Source: Nitrospirales bacterium (lineage in GTDB: Bacteria; Nitrospirota; Nitrospiria; Nitrospirales; UBA8639). From it: a DNA stretch of 64,000 bases. The stretch is taken from the NCBI GenBank assembly GCA_965223295.1, contig CBDCWC010000002.1, positions 672,001 through 736,000 on the forward strand, read 5' to 3'. The notes beneath the pieces were generated by a model. The model worked only from the letters and a program-made list of their open reading frames with translations. It did no database searches and was not told the origin of the DNA. This document shows positions 30,307 to 39,530 of the stretch, piece by piece. Positions within the stretch are counted from its first letter, which is position 1, and each line of letters starts with the position of its first letter. Made by a program: the position numbers and the translations under genes.

Positions 30307-31820
30307 CACGCCTCGCCACAATACTTGGAGTAGGCGGACTGATCCTTACCTTAGGAGGATTTGGCCTTCCCCTCCTCATGCCCGACGCGGAGAACGCCGG
30401 GTCTATTTTTCTGGGAATCGGAACACTTTGTTTACTTGGCTATGTTGGTATTCATTTTCAAGGACTCGTCCAAGGCTCCCGAAAGCGCACAGCCCAATTA
30501 GGCACTCACAGCATTCTTGCTATTTTCCTTGCCGCTCTGGCCGTTGGACTCACGAACTTTCTTGCCAATAAACATGCTCCGGAATGGGATTTTTCAGAAA
30601 CCAGAAATTTCACCTTAAGTCGTCAGACCTATCAAGTCCTTCGGGCCTTACCACGCGAGGTCAACATTCATGTCTTTACGCGAGAGGGCAGCCCCGGCTA
30701 TGGCGCTTACCAGGACCTCTTAACGACCTACGATAAAGAAAGCGCTCTGTTGACAGTGGAATTCATCGATCCCGAGCGACATCCCGATAAAGCCAAGGCC
30801 TATCAAGTGACACGCATTGATACCGCTGTGGTTGAAAGCGGTCCACAGAAGATTTATCTCCAGCGCGCCGTTGAAGCTGATGTCACCAATGCTCTGCTAC
30901 GGGTGACACGAGACCTCAAAAAAGGCATTGCCTTTACAACCGGGCATGGAGAAAAAAGTTTTTCGGATACCGAAACTCCGGGAATGTCACGCGCCGCAGA
31001 TGCCTTAAAAAAGCAAGGGTATGAGGTTTCCACAGTCGAGTGGAACAAAATCGTACCCAGCAATGCGTCATTACTCGTGATTCCTTCACCAACCCAAGCC
31101 ATAGCCGAAGAAGATCGTGAACAGATCACCAAATTTCTTAGAAGAGGAGGCCGGCTGTTAGTCATGAACGACCCGAGCAGCCAAAATTCGTTAGATCAGC
31201 TCCTCGTACCCTGGGGAATTCAACTAGGAACAGGAATTCTTGCCGATGAACAAGATCGGTTAGGCCGCGGCAGTCCCACAGCCTTAATGGTCCGCACGTT
31301 TACCACACACGATATCACTGAAAATTTTACGACGCCTATTATTTTCCCAGTTTCGCGATCCATCACCTTCGACCCCGCGCTGGGCAAAGATTGGGACTAT
31401 GAATCATTAGCCCAAACCTCTCCCAAAAGTTGGGAAGAAACGACACTGACAAATACCGAACCCGTCTTTGATGAAGACCGGGACCAGGAAGGTCCATTCA
31501 CCGTTGCTGCTGTTTTAACCTCAAAACGTGTTGGGCAAGATCAGAAGCCAGAATCAGCTATCGTCGTCGTCGGCAACGCGGCCTTCGCGACAAACGGATG
31601 GCTGACCTATCCCGGCAACACCGACTTTTTCTTAAAAACCATTGCCTGGCTCACACAGGAAGAAGCACTCGTGTCCCTTACACCCAAAGAGCCCGCATTT
31701 CATCCTTTCGTTCCCAACCCCTCCCAGGAACAGGCCTTAGTCTTTTTTCAGGTGCTGGTGCTCCCCCTGATGGTACTCTTTTTAGGCCTTTCCGTATGGA
31801 AGAGGCGACGAAGCCTATAA
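30297..31820 (+). CDS. GldG-family ABC auxiliary protein
   Basis: DFSETRNFTLS, EFIDP, FTTGHGEK, C-terminal TM followed by KRRR. Confidence 0.85.
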   Translation: MEITRLATILGVGGLILTLGGFGLPLLMPDAENAGSIFLGIGTLCLLGYVGIHFQGLVQGSRKRTAQLGTHSILAIFLAALAVGLTNFLANKHAPEWDFSETRNFTLSRQTYQVLRALPREVNIHVFTREGSPGYGAYQDLLTTYDKESALLTVEFIDPERHPDKAKAYQVTRIDTAVVESGPQKIYLQRAVEADVTNALLRVTRDLKKGIAFTTGHGEKSFSDTETPGMSRAADALKKQGYEVSTVEWNKIVPSNASLLVIPSPTQAIAEEDREQITKFLRRGGRLLVMNDPSSQNSLDQLLVPWGIQLGTGILADEQDRLGRGSPTALMVRTFTTHDITENFTTPIIFPVSRSITFDPALGKDWDYESLAQTSPKSWEETTLTNTEPVFDEDRDQEGPFTVAAVLTSKRVGQDQKPESAIVVVGNAAFATNGWLTYPGNTDFFLKTIAWLTQEEALVSLTPKEPAFHPFVPNPSQEQALVFFQVLVLPLMVLFLGLSVWKRRRSL

Positions 31821-31823
31821 TAT

Positions 31824-32014
31824 GGGTTTGTTGAAAAAAGCCGCCAGCGGCGTTCTCGCCTTTTTTCCGTGCTCACGTAGAACCAGTACGCTACGCGCGC
31901 AAAAACGGCTGCGGCCTTGCTGGACGGACTTTTTTGAACAGACCCGAGGCTTTTGATCACCCAGGACTTCCTAAAGAAATATGGCCTTTGATATCTTCAT
32001 TATTCAATACTCCC
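31824..32014 (+). mobile_element. MITE copy 5, inserted within the ABC operon
   Basis: Flanks AATAT/AATAT. Confidence 0.88.
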
Positions 32015-32017
32015 AAT

Positions 32018-33376
32018 ATGTTCAATAACCCCACTCGTCTGACCATTGTCTTAGTCCTCATCGTGCTCGGGTTAGGAGGCTATATCCTGTTTGTAGACAT
32101 TCCTCAAACCCGTGAATTTAAAAAACAAGAAACAGAAGAACGGCAAGTCATCCCATTTGATGATCGAGATATCACCGCAATCACCTGGGCCACAAGGTCT
32201 GAAACTATTCAACTGGAACGTGACGACAAATATCGATGGAAAATTACCGAACCCATTCAATCTCCAGCCGACAATAAAGAAGTGCGGCGCATCCTCCGTG
32301 CCCTCACGATTGGAAAAATCAAACGGGTAATTGAAGATGGTCCAGAAACCTTGGAGAAGTACGGGCTAGCACCTCCCTATCTGACACTGACGCTTACGAC
32401 TCCAACTCTTAGCCATGAACTCGCACTCGGTGATCGTGGGCCTTTTGCGCCCTCCCTCTATGTCCAAACGAAATCAGACCGCCAGGTCGTGATCACGACC
32501 TTGGATGTCATGACGTTTGCACAAAAAACTTTGCCGGATTTTCGATTGAAAGACCTCTTATTCTTTGAACGCGAACGCGTTCAAGAAGTCCATATTCAAC
32601 ATCCTGATACGACCATGGTGATGGCCAGGTCGGCGGGAATCCACAGTCTCTCCCCTAATTGGATGTTTACCAGTCCAATGAAAGCTCCAGTCGATAAAAT
32701 TACGATGGGCACATTGCTTATGGAACTAAGCGGACTCCACGCGACAGGGTTTATTGATTCCAAAGAAGATAAAGAACGCATTCTCGGACAACCGAAGCAG
32801 GCTCATATCGGTATCACCATCTTAGAAGGACCTCACACACATTACATCAGCCTTTATCAATTTCAAAATCCAGAAAAAGCCTATGCCATGACATCCGAGA
32901 CAGGGCCGCTCTATGAAATCTCTCCAAATATCCTGAAGCCAATGACTCAAGGAGCCTTTTATTTTCAAGACAAGCGTCTCTTCGGCATGGACAGTCAGGA
33001 TGTGATCATCCTGGAGGTCATCACGCCGCAAGACATGTACGTCCTCATTAAACAACACGACGACTGGACACTCGACAACCATCCCAATCTGGCTTTAGAC
33101 CAAGAATTAGTTAACCTCTTTGTTAGCCGCGTCACGGATCTTCCTACAGAAATCGCACATCCCGAAGGATCAACAACCTCTACCCAAACAGCATTAGACA
33201 CTCCAACTGCTACAATTCGAGGGCGAGGCCGTCAAGGGCAAAAGATCGGCTTGCTCATGTTAGGAAAACGAGAAAAAGGCCTCGTCTATGCTAAAGGCGC
33301 AGCACTCAAAGGCATCTATCAAGTCCGCTCCACCATCCTGGACCAAATTCCCACTCAAGCTGAGCTCACCCAATAG
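32018..33376 (+). CDS. DUF4340-like protein
   Basis: N-terminal TM, WKITEP..PAD, KYGL..P, repeated domain; start moved from 31934, which lies inside the MITE. Confidence 0.75.
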   Translation: MFNNPTRLTIVLVLIVLGLGGYILFVDIPQTREFKKQETEERQVIPFDDRDITAITWATRSETIQLERDDKYRWKITEPIQSPADNKEVRRILRALTIGKIKRVIEDGPETLEKYGLAPPYLTLTLTTPTLSHELALGDRGPFAPSLYVQTKSDRQVVITTLDVMTFAQKTLPDFRLKDLLFFERERVQEVHIQHPDTTMVMARSAGIHSLSPNWMFTSPMKAPVDKITMGTLLMELSGLHATGFIDSKEDKERILGQPKQAHIGITILEGPHTHYISLYQFQNPEKAYAMTSETGPLYEISPNILKPMTQGAFYFQDKRLFGMDSQDVIILEVITPQDMYVLIKQHDDWTLDNHPNLALDQELVNLFVSRVTDLPTEIAHPEGSTTSTQTALDTPTATIRGRGRQGQKIGLLMLGKREKGLVYAKGAALKGIYQVRSTILDQIPTQAELTQ

Positions 33377-33605
33377 CCCAAGACAATTTTTAATAGGGGT
33401 CAGACTCGAATTAAACTAGTACGCTTCTAACGTGAAGTCGCTATAAGGGGCTGCGACAATGCAGATACCTGTGTCCAAACCGAATCGAAGAGTCCAAACA
33501 CAGTGCAATTCATAAGTTGTGCCTCAGTCCGAATGCGCGACGTAATGGTGATAGCACCGAATAGATCATAGAGCACAGCTTTCCATCACACATTCGCTTG
33601 TTTTA

Positions 33606-34006
33606 CTATTGGACAAAGAATTTTGGAGTCATAGCCACATTTGGGAAAGCTCGGAGGACCTGCCGATCAGCCGTAATCAATGGGATTTCTAGATCTATCG
33701 CAAGGCTAACGAATTCACAATCATAGGTAGAACAACCAGACTTTTTCGCCAACTGCATGACTTGCTGCGATACAATTGAAAATCACGCCCAGCCATCCAC
33801 TGCTCTGCTTCAGCTACGATGATCCGAACATCGGCAAAACTCACTTGTTGATGTCGCTCTAAACCGATCAAAGTATTCCGAAATTCTGAACGCCAGAGGA
33901 GAGGAGCGGCCCAGGCTGGGTCTTTGCGCAACACTTCTTCAGCTTCTCCAGTGCGTTGTCCCGTGACATAGAGATAGATCAACTTATTCGTTTCCGCAAC
34001 AATTAC
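33606..34006 (-). pseudogene. VapC/PIN toxin pseudogene
   Basis: Start codon reads GTA; VAETN in place of VDTN; frameshift near 33778, after which SGCSTYDCEFVSLA...LITADRQVLRAFP continues in another frame. Confidence 0.8.
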
Positions 34007-34245
34007 GGCCTTCCTTTGCTCTTTAATTCCTGGAGCGTTTTATCGGTGAGGCGTGCGTGAATGGATGTCGGTCTGATGGCATGAACCTTGGCTAACAAGC
34101 TGTCAGGATCAAGAGGAACACTTCCCGCTGCACATTCTAGGCAGCGGATGACTTCATTGTTGAGACTACAGCGACACAGAGATGCTTGAAGTTTTAACTT
34201 CTCTACAAGAGTCTGAGGAATGTTTTTAATCGTCAAGTTCGCCAT
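34003..34245 (-). CDS. FitA/Arc-like ribbon-helix-helix antitoxin
   Basis: MANLTIKNIP...LKLQA...SLNNEVIRCLE; AGGAG RBS; overlaps the toxin start. Confidence 0.8.
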   Translation of the reverse strand: MANLTIKNIPQTLVEKLKLQASLCRCSLNNEVIRCLECAAGSVPLDPDSLLAKVHAIRPTSIHARLTDKTLQELKSKGRP

Positions 34246-34277
34246 GAAGGCCACTCCTATTTTCTGTGATAACATAC

Positions 34278-34294
34278 GGTTCCAAAAAGGAACC
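34278..34294. promoter_or_regulatory. Putative TA auto-operator
   Basis: GGTTCC-AAAAA-GGAACC just downstream of TTGGCA-N17-TACGAT on the minus strand. Confidence 0.55.
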
Positions 34295-34405
34295 ATAATG
34301 AAATCGTAGGCCACAATACCCTATCTGCCAATGAGGCAGCTAAGAAAGTTAGCTATAACGACTTTGTCAGATGAGATTTTTCTTCCAAGATTCTAGGAAA
34401 TGCTC

Positions 34406-34606
34406 TTATTCTGGGTAAGGCGATTGACTTTCTTCTTGTTTCATCTTGTCAAAGAATCGGTCGGCGTCTTGCTGGATCTCGTTTTTTGAAGGTTCCGGCT
34501 GAGGGTCCGGAGCTGACGAACAATTCACCACCAGCATTCCCGCCAATATGAGGCAAGCCATTGCTATTCCTTTGACCTCTAAAACAATTGATTGCATCTT
34601 GATCAT
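34406..34606 (-). CDS. Small putative lipoprotein
   Basis: Hydrophobic stretch then VNCSS; GAGGAG RBS. Confidence 0.5.
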   Translation of the reverse strand: MIKMQSIVLEVKGIAMACLILAGMLVVNCSSAPDPQPEPSKNEIQQDADRFFDKMKQEESQSPYPE

Positions 34607-34705
34607 GAGTATTCTCCTCTCACTACGATCTCGGCACTTACTTTAATTCGACTTTCATCATACCCTACCGTGATCATGAATTGACGCACAAGAAACTGTT
34701 GAAAA

Positions 34706-34734
34706 TTGACTGGGGTAGAGGGGTCTGCTACGGT
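34706..34734 (+). promoter_or_regulatory. Sigma70-like promoter of tkt
   Basis: TTGACT-N17-TACGGT with TGn extension. Confidence 0.4.
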
Positions 34735-34784
34735 TTGAGACAACCTCAGGTGCTATCCCAAACTCAGAAAAAAAGGAGTCGTGT

Positions 34785-36641
34785 GTGACCACTATTGGAG
34801 CTACCCAATTACCTGAACAGCTTCGTCAAAAAGCCGATCAACTGCGTATTCATAGCATTCGAGCCACAACCCAGGCTGGAAACGGTCACCCAACCAGTTG
34901 TTGCTCCGCTGCCGATATCGTCGCCACACTGTTCTTTTCAGTGATGCGGTACGAGCCGAAAAATCCGCGTAACCCTGATAATGATAGATTTATCTTATCC
35001 AAAGGCCATGCCGCACCACTGCTGTATGCCGCATGGGCTGAAGCTGGGCTCTTTGACCCTAAAGAATTACTTGAGCTTCGTACATTAGAGTCAGATCTTG
35101 AAGGACATCCTACCCCCCGCCTCTCGTTTGTGGATATGGCTACTGGTTCACTCGGACAAGGCCTTTCTGTGGGCATTGGTATCGCCCTGAATAATAAGTA
35201 TTTAGATAAAACACCTGCTCGGACTTATGTGGTCTTGGGTGATGGCGAATCAGTAGAAGGCTCGGTCTGGGAAGCAGCTGATGTGGCCCGCCAGGCTCAA
35301 TTAGATAACCTCTGCGCCATCATTGATATCAATCGGCTTGGGCAATCAGACCCGACCATGTTGCAACATAATGTGAATGCCTACAAGGCACGTTGGGAGG
35401 GATTTGGCTGGAAAGCCATCTGTGTCGATGGTCATGACCATGCGGAATTACTCCAGGCTTTTGCAACGGCAGAACACACCGCCCAGCAACCCACGATGAT
35501 TTTAGCCAAAACCTTTAAAGGTAAAGGAATTTCATTTGCTGAAGATCACCCCAGCTGGCACGGCAAACCGCTCAACGCTGAGCAAGCCGAAGAAGCCATT
35601 CGCGTCTTAAGCCAAAACCTGACATCTCCCGCACCGGGTCTCGACATTGTCGAACCAACAACCGTGCAGCGGACAAACGGAGCCGCCACAGCGCTACCAG
35701 CTCCATCCTACAAACCAACAGATTCTGTCGCAACACGCGAAGCCTTTGGCGAAGCCTTAGCACAACTCGGTGAGGTGAACCTGCATGTCGTTGCTTTAGA
35801 TGCGGACGTCAAAAACTCAACGTACACAGATAAGTTTGGCAAACGATTTCCTGAACGCTTCTTTGAAAATTTTATTGCTGAACAAAATATGGTCGGCACA
35901 GCCGCCGGACTTGCCGCTTGTGGCAAGATTCCTTTTGCTGCCACATTCGCTGCCTTTTTCTCACGAGCCTATGATTTCATCCGCATGGCCGCCATCAGCC
36001 AATCCAATATTAAATTGATGGGCTCCCATGTGGGCGTGAGCATAGGAGAAGATGGTCCATCGCAAATGGGCTTAGAGGATCTTGCGATGATGGCTGCTCA
36101 GCCTGGAGTGGTCGTGTTATACCCCTCCGATGCCGTGTGTGCCTATCGGCTGGTGGAAACGATGGCTACCCACAAAGGCATGGTATACATGCGTACTGGA
36201 AGGCCTAAAACGCCTATCCTGTATGACACAAATGAGACCTTTACGATTGGAGGCTCCAAAGTCCTCCGGCAAAGCGACAAAGACCAACTCACCATTGTTA
36301 CAGCCGGCGTCACGCTCTTTGAAGCACTAAAAGCCTACGACGAATTACAGAAGGCCGGCATCACCGTGCGCATCATCGACCTGTATAGCATTACTCCCAT
36401 TGATACCGCCACGCTCAAGCAAGCTGCCATCGCTACCAACAAACGTCTCCTCACCATTGAAGACCATTACATTCATGGCGGATTGGGGGATGCCGTCCTG
36501 AGCGCTTTGTCAACAGAAGGCGTTTGCCTCCACAAAATGGGCATTCAGGAAATTGCCCATAGCGGCAAGCCCGCCGAACTGTTAGATCATTACGGTCTCA
36601 GTGCCCGAGCCATCATCGAAAAAGTTAAACAACTTGTTTAA
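34785..36641 (+). CDS. tkt: Transketolase
   Basis: GHPTS, SKGHAAP, TGSLGQG, GDGE..EG, IGEDGPSQM. Confidence 0.95.
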   Translation: MTTIGATQLPEQLRQKADQLRIHSIRATTQAGNGHPTSCCSAADIVATLFFSVMRYEPKNPRNPDNDRFILSKGHAAPLLYAAWAEAGLFDPKELLELRTLESDLEGHPTPRLSFVDMATGSLGQGLSVGIGIALNNKYLDKTPARTYVVLGDGESVEGSVWEAADVARQAQLDNLCAIIDINRLGQSDPTMLQHNVNAYKARWEGFGWKAICVDGHDHAELLQAFATAEHTAQQPTMILAKTFKGKGISFAEDHPSWHGKPLNAEQAEEAIRVLSQNLTSPAPGLDIVEPTTVQRTNGAATALPAPSYKPTDSVATREAFGEALAQLGEVNLHVVALDADVKNSTYTDKFGKRFPERFFENFIAEQNMVGTAAGLAACGKIPFAATFAAFFSRAYDFIRMAAISQSNIKLMGSHVGVSIGEDGPSQMGLEDLAMMAAQPGVVVLYPSDAVCAYRLVETMATHKGMVYMRTGRPKTPILYDTNETFTIGGSKVLRQSDKDQLTIVTAGVTLFEALKAYDELQKAGITVRIIDLYSITPIDTATLKQAAIATNKRLLTIEDHYIHGGLGDAVLSALSTEGVCLHKMGIQEIAHSGKPAELLDHYGLSARAIIEKVKQLV

Positions 36642-36653
36642 CATTGAGGTGCC

Positions 36654-37418
36654 ATGGCTTCACACACCTCCTTTGATTCTCTTCCGCTATTTGCCTGCCT
36701 TTCTGAACAAGACAGACAAGAATTGGCCCAACATGCCGTCGAAATGCCCATGCAAAAGGGCCAGTTCATCTTTCGGGAAGGTGACGCGGCTGACTGGTTT
36801 CATATTGTTCAAGAGGGCAATGTGAAATGCGTGAAATCCAATGCCGACGGACGCGAAGTAACCCTTAAAGTCCTCATGCCCGGAGATCTCTTTTGCTGTG
36901 AAGCCTCTGCGTTTTCAGGTGAATCCCATCCCGGCTGCGCCCAATCCATGGGTGAGGGAACCGTCATCAAAATTCATCGCAAGGCGATGCTTGATGTCAT
37001 CCAACGCAATCCCGAGGCGGCCGTCAGTATCATCAATTATTTAAGCCAACGCCTTCGCGAATCACAAGATAATGCCAAAGCCTTTGCCTTAGACCGCGCC
37101 GAACAACGCGTGGCTGCACTTCTTGTCAACTTAACCGAACGTTCAGGCGTGCAAGAAGACAATGGAATTCGCATTTCGGTCCGACTCACCCATCAGGACC
37201 TAGCTGATATGGCCGGACTTACCAAAGAAACCACCAGCCGGATTCTCAGCCGTTTCAAAAAAGAAGAACTCATCGCCGGGCACGGCAAGCAGCTCGCATC
37301 CTCAATCTCCCTCACCTCCAAGCCATGGCCCCACACGCTATTCCCTAAATACATAGAGACAAAGACACAAGCAATTCTGCTCTCCTCACGTTCCTTTCGC
37401 ACATTGTCAGCCAGCTAG
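36654..37418 (+). CDS. Crp/Fnr-family transcriptional regulator (possible C-terminal frameshift)
   Basis: cNMP-binding-like domain IFREGD; HTH LTHQDLADMAGLTKETTSR. Confidence 0.9.
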   Translation: MASHTSFDSLPLFACLSEQDRQELAQHAVEMPMQKGQFIFREGDAADWFHIVQEGNVKCVKSNADGREVTLKVLMPGDLFCCEASAFSGESHPGCAQSMGEGTVIKIHRKAMLDVIQRNPEAAVSIINYLSQRLRESQDNAKAFALDRAEQRVAALLVNLTERSGVQEDNGIRISVRLTHQDLADMAGLTKETTSRILSRFKKEELIAGHGKQLASSISLTSKPWPHTLFPKYIETKTQAILLSSRSFRTLSAS

Positions 37419-37500
37419 AACTGCTCCTTATTGGTCACCAATTCGCTCTTGAGATATACAGCAAGATTTACGCAACAAACATGGCTCGCCCGTCGCCTCC

Positions 37501-37538
37501 TTGACAGCCAAAAGCCAATATGTAACCATTGGATACAT
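37501..37538 (+). promoter_or_regulatory. Promoter and putative auto-operator of the LexA-like gene
   Basis: TTGACA at 37501; imperfect palindrome ATGTAACCA-T-TGGATACAT (37520-37538) over the -10 region and ATG. Confidence 0.6.
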
Positions 37539-38079
37539 GACCCCTCAAGCTCTCAAACAGATTCGCGGACGCCTTGGATTCACTCAATCGGAATTGGCTG
37601 AACGCCTTCACACCACTCGCATGACCATTACCCGCTATGAATGCGGAACGCGCCGCATTCCTGGGGTGGTCGAAGCCCTTCTTTCACAACTTGATCCCTC
37701 TTCTCAAATTCCAATGCTTGGGGTCGTTGCGGCTGGAATTCCAATTGAACCCATTCTTCAAGTGGAACAGGTGGAGGTCCCACCATCCATGCTGCGGACG
37801 GGCGAAAACTTTGCGTTAGAGGTCAAGGGCGAGTCGATGCGTGATGAAGGGATTCTGTCTGGTGATCTCGTGATCGTCCACAAACAACAGGCCGCTCAGA
37901 ATGGACAGACCGTGGTCGCCTTAGTCAACCAAGAGGCGACAGTTAAGAAGTATTACAAAAAAGACAACCAGATCGAATTGCATCCTGCAAATCTAACCAT
38001 GAGCCCCATTATCGTCACACCAGCAGATGAGTTTGCCATTGAAGGAGTTGTCATCGGCGTAATTCGCCACTGCGGATAG
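37537..38079 (+). CDS. lexA: LexA-like S24 repressor with XRE-type HTH
   Basis: Cleavage site VAAG, catalytic GESM and TVKK; N-terminus IRGRLGFTQSELAERL...ITRYECG. Confidence 0.8.
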   Translation: MTPQALKQIRGRLGFTQSELAERLHTTRMTITRYECGTRRIPGVVEALLSQLDPSSQIPMLGVVAAGIPIEPILQVEQVEVPPSMLRTGENFALEVKGESMRDEGILSGDLVIVHKQQAAQNGQTVVALVNQEATVKKYYKKDNQIELHPANLTMSPIIVTPADEFAIEGVVIGVIRHCG

Positions 38080-38149
38080 GTCTCTGCTTATGCCTATTTT
38101 GTATTTTTCACTCATGAATCATGTTCTCACCTAGAGTTAAGAGGAAAAT

Positions 38150-38452
38150 ATGCGCCTCACAGCTCAAACTCGGTTTCGTGCCTACTTTCAACGACGAACT
38201 CATATACGTTCTCTGATTATCCGAAGTAATAGCTTTACTCCCTCTCCCGAACAACTCTCACTCTTTCCACCACAGGGCTTAGAGGCAGCTTCTGCTGACC
38301 TAAGACCTCATCAGACAGACTCCACTCCTGCCTATCGAGATACTCGATTGTTTATGAAAATCATTCAATGGGGACGCTCTCATATGGATAATTATAAAGA
38401 TAAAATAGGCAATATTTATAAGGCTTTTTCTATTTTTATGAGACAAAATTAA
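38150..38452 (+). CDS. Hypothetical protein with QLSLF motif
   Basis: GAGG RBS, 100 aa, directly downstream of the LexA-like gene. Confidence 0.4.
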   Translation: MRLTAQTRFRAYFQRRTHIRSLIIRSNSFTPSPEQLSLFPPQGLEAASADLRPHQTDSTPAYRDTRLFMKIIQWGRSHMDNYKDKIGNIYKAFSIFMRQN

Positions 38453-38886
38453 AAGCTATGCATTAATAGATGGAGTTATCAACAAGCAGAAAACTTCAAG
38501 CAATTTATTTATCAACAAGTTATCAAATTTTCAGAAAATTCATGCAAATTATTAGATTATTCATACCAAAAACTGGCAACATCTTATCCCAGACAATCAA
38601 GACCTACTCCACTTTCGTTAAACCACTAATTGGGTAGCTAGTAGCCTGCTTAAGAGTCATCTATTCAGAGAATAGTAAAGCTGGCACAAGTATAATACGT
38701 ATCCCACCCCTAGGATGAGTCAACAGGCTATGACATAGCATGCTTCAGCCTCAGAGGAGTTACGCACTTTTATATTATTTCAAACTACGCTGAGGCAAAA
38801 AATTGAAATCCATGAGCCAAATAAAAGTATGAACAGTTCATACGCTGTGGTATTATGAATGAGAAACAAAGAAGGAGGTCTTTATC

Positions 38887-39150
38887 ATGATCAGAAAAAC
38901 AATCGCTATTCCCGATGAGATGGGCGCATGGGTCGGTAAGCGCATTGAATCCGGCCAGTATAACAATGAAAGTGAATATTTTCGCGACCTGGTGCGTCGC
39001 GACCAGGAACGCCAGGAAGTCATCAGTCAATTACGACAGATGCTTGAAGAAGGAGAAACCAGCGGGATGAGCCCACGCACAGTTCCTGAGATCATGGATA
39101 ATGTAGAAAAGCGACTGCGATACGATGGCCGATTACCAACTCTCGAATAG
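38887..39150 (+). CDS. ParD-family antitoxin (CC2985-like)
   Basis: IESGQYNNESEYFRDLVR...LEEGETSG; AGGAGG RBS. Confidence 0.88.
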   Translation: MIRKTIAIPDEMGAWVGKRIESGQYNNESEYFRDLVRRDQERQEVISQLRQMLEEGETSGMSPRTVPEIMDNVEKRLRYDGRLPTLE

Positions 39151-39418
39151 CGCGGAAAAAGCCGTTGACCATATCTATGAATATTCCATTCTCACTTTTG
39201 GGTTAGAACAGGCCAGAGAATATGTTCAGGGACTCCATGAATGCTTTGTGACTCTGGCCAACAATCCCAAACTTGGCCGGAATGTAGCGGAGCTGAAAAG
39301 AGGGTATCGTCGGCATCTCTACGAACGCCATGCAATCTATTACACCATCACGAAAACCGGCATCTTCATCACCCGCATTTTGGGGCCTGGACAGGACCCA
39401 GCCATACATTTGTTGTAG
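39125..39418 (+). CDS. ParE/RelE-family toxin
   Basis: YQLS..A...IYEYS..FG..QA..Y, LANNPKLG, HAIYY, ITRIL. Confidence 0.88.
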   Translation: MADYQLSNSAEKAVDHIYEYSILTFGLEQAREYVQGLHECFVTLANNPKLGRNVAELKRGYRRHLYERHAIYYTITKTGIFITRILGPGQDPAIHLL

Positions 39419-39530
39419 TTCTTCTTCTGCTTGCTACCACGACGCCATTGAGCTGTCCGATGCAAACGCTCTAAGCCTCTTGTAGTGCCACCGTGACAAT
39501 ATACGGCGCTTAAACTCGCACATGTGTGAC

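Noticed and set aside
37501-39418. Prophage remnant around the XRE/S24 repressor
   Set aside because: No integrase, divergent cro, replication or structural genes.
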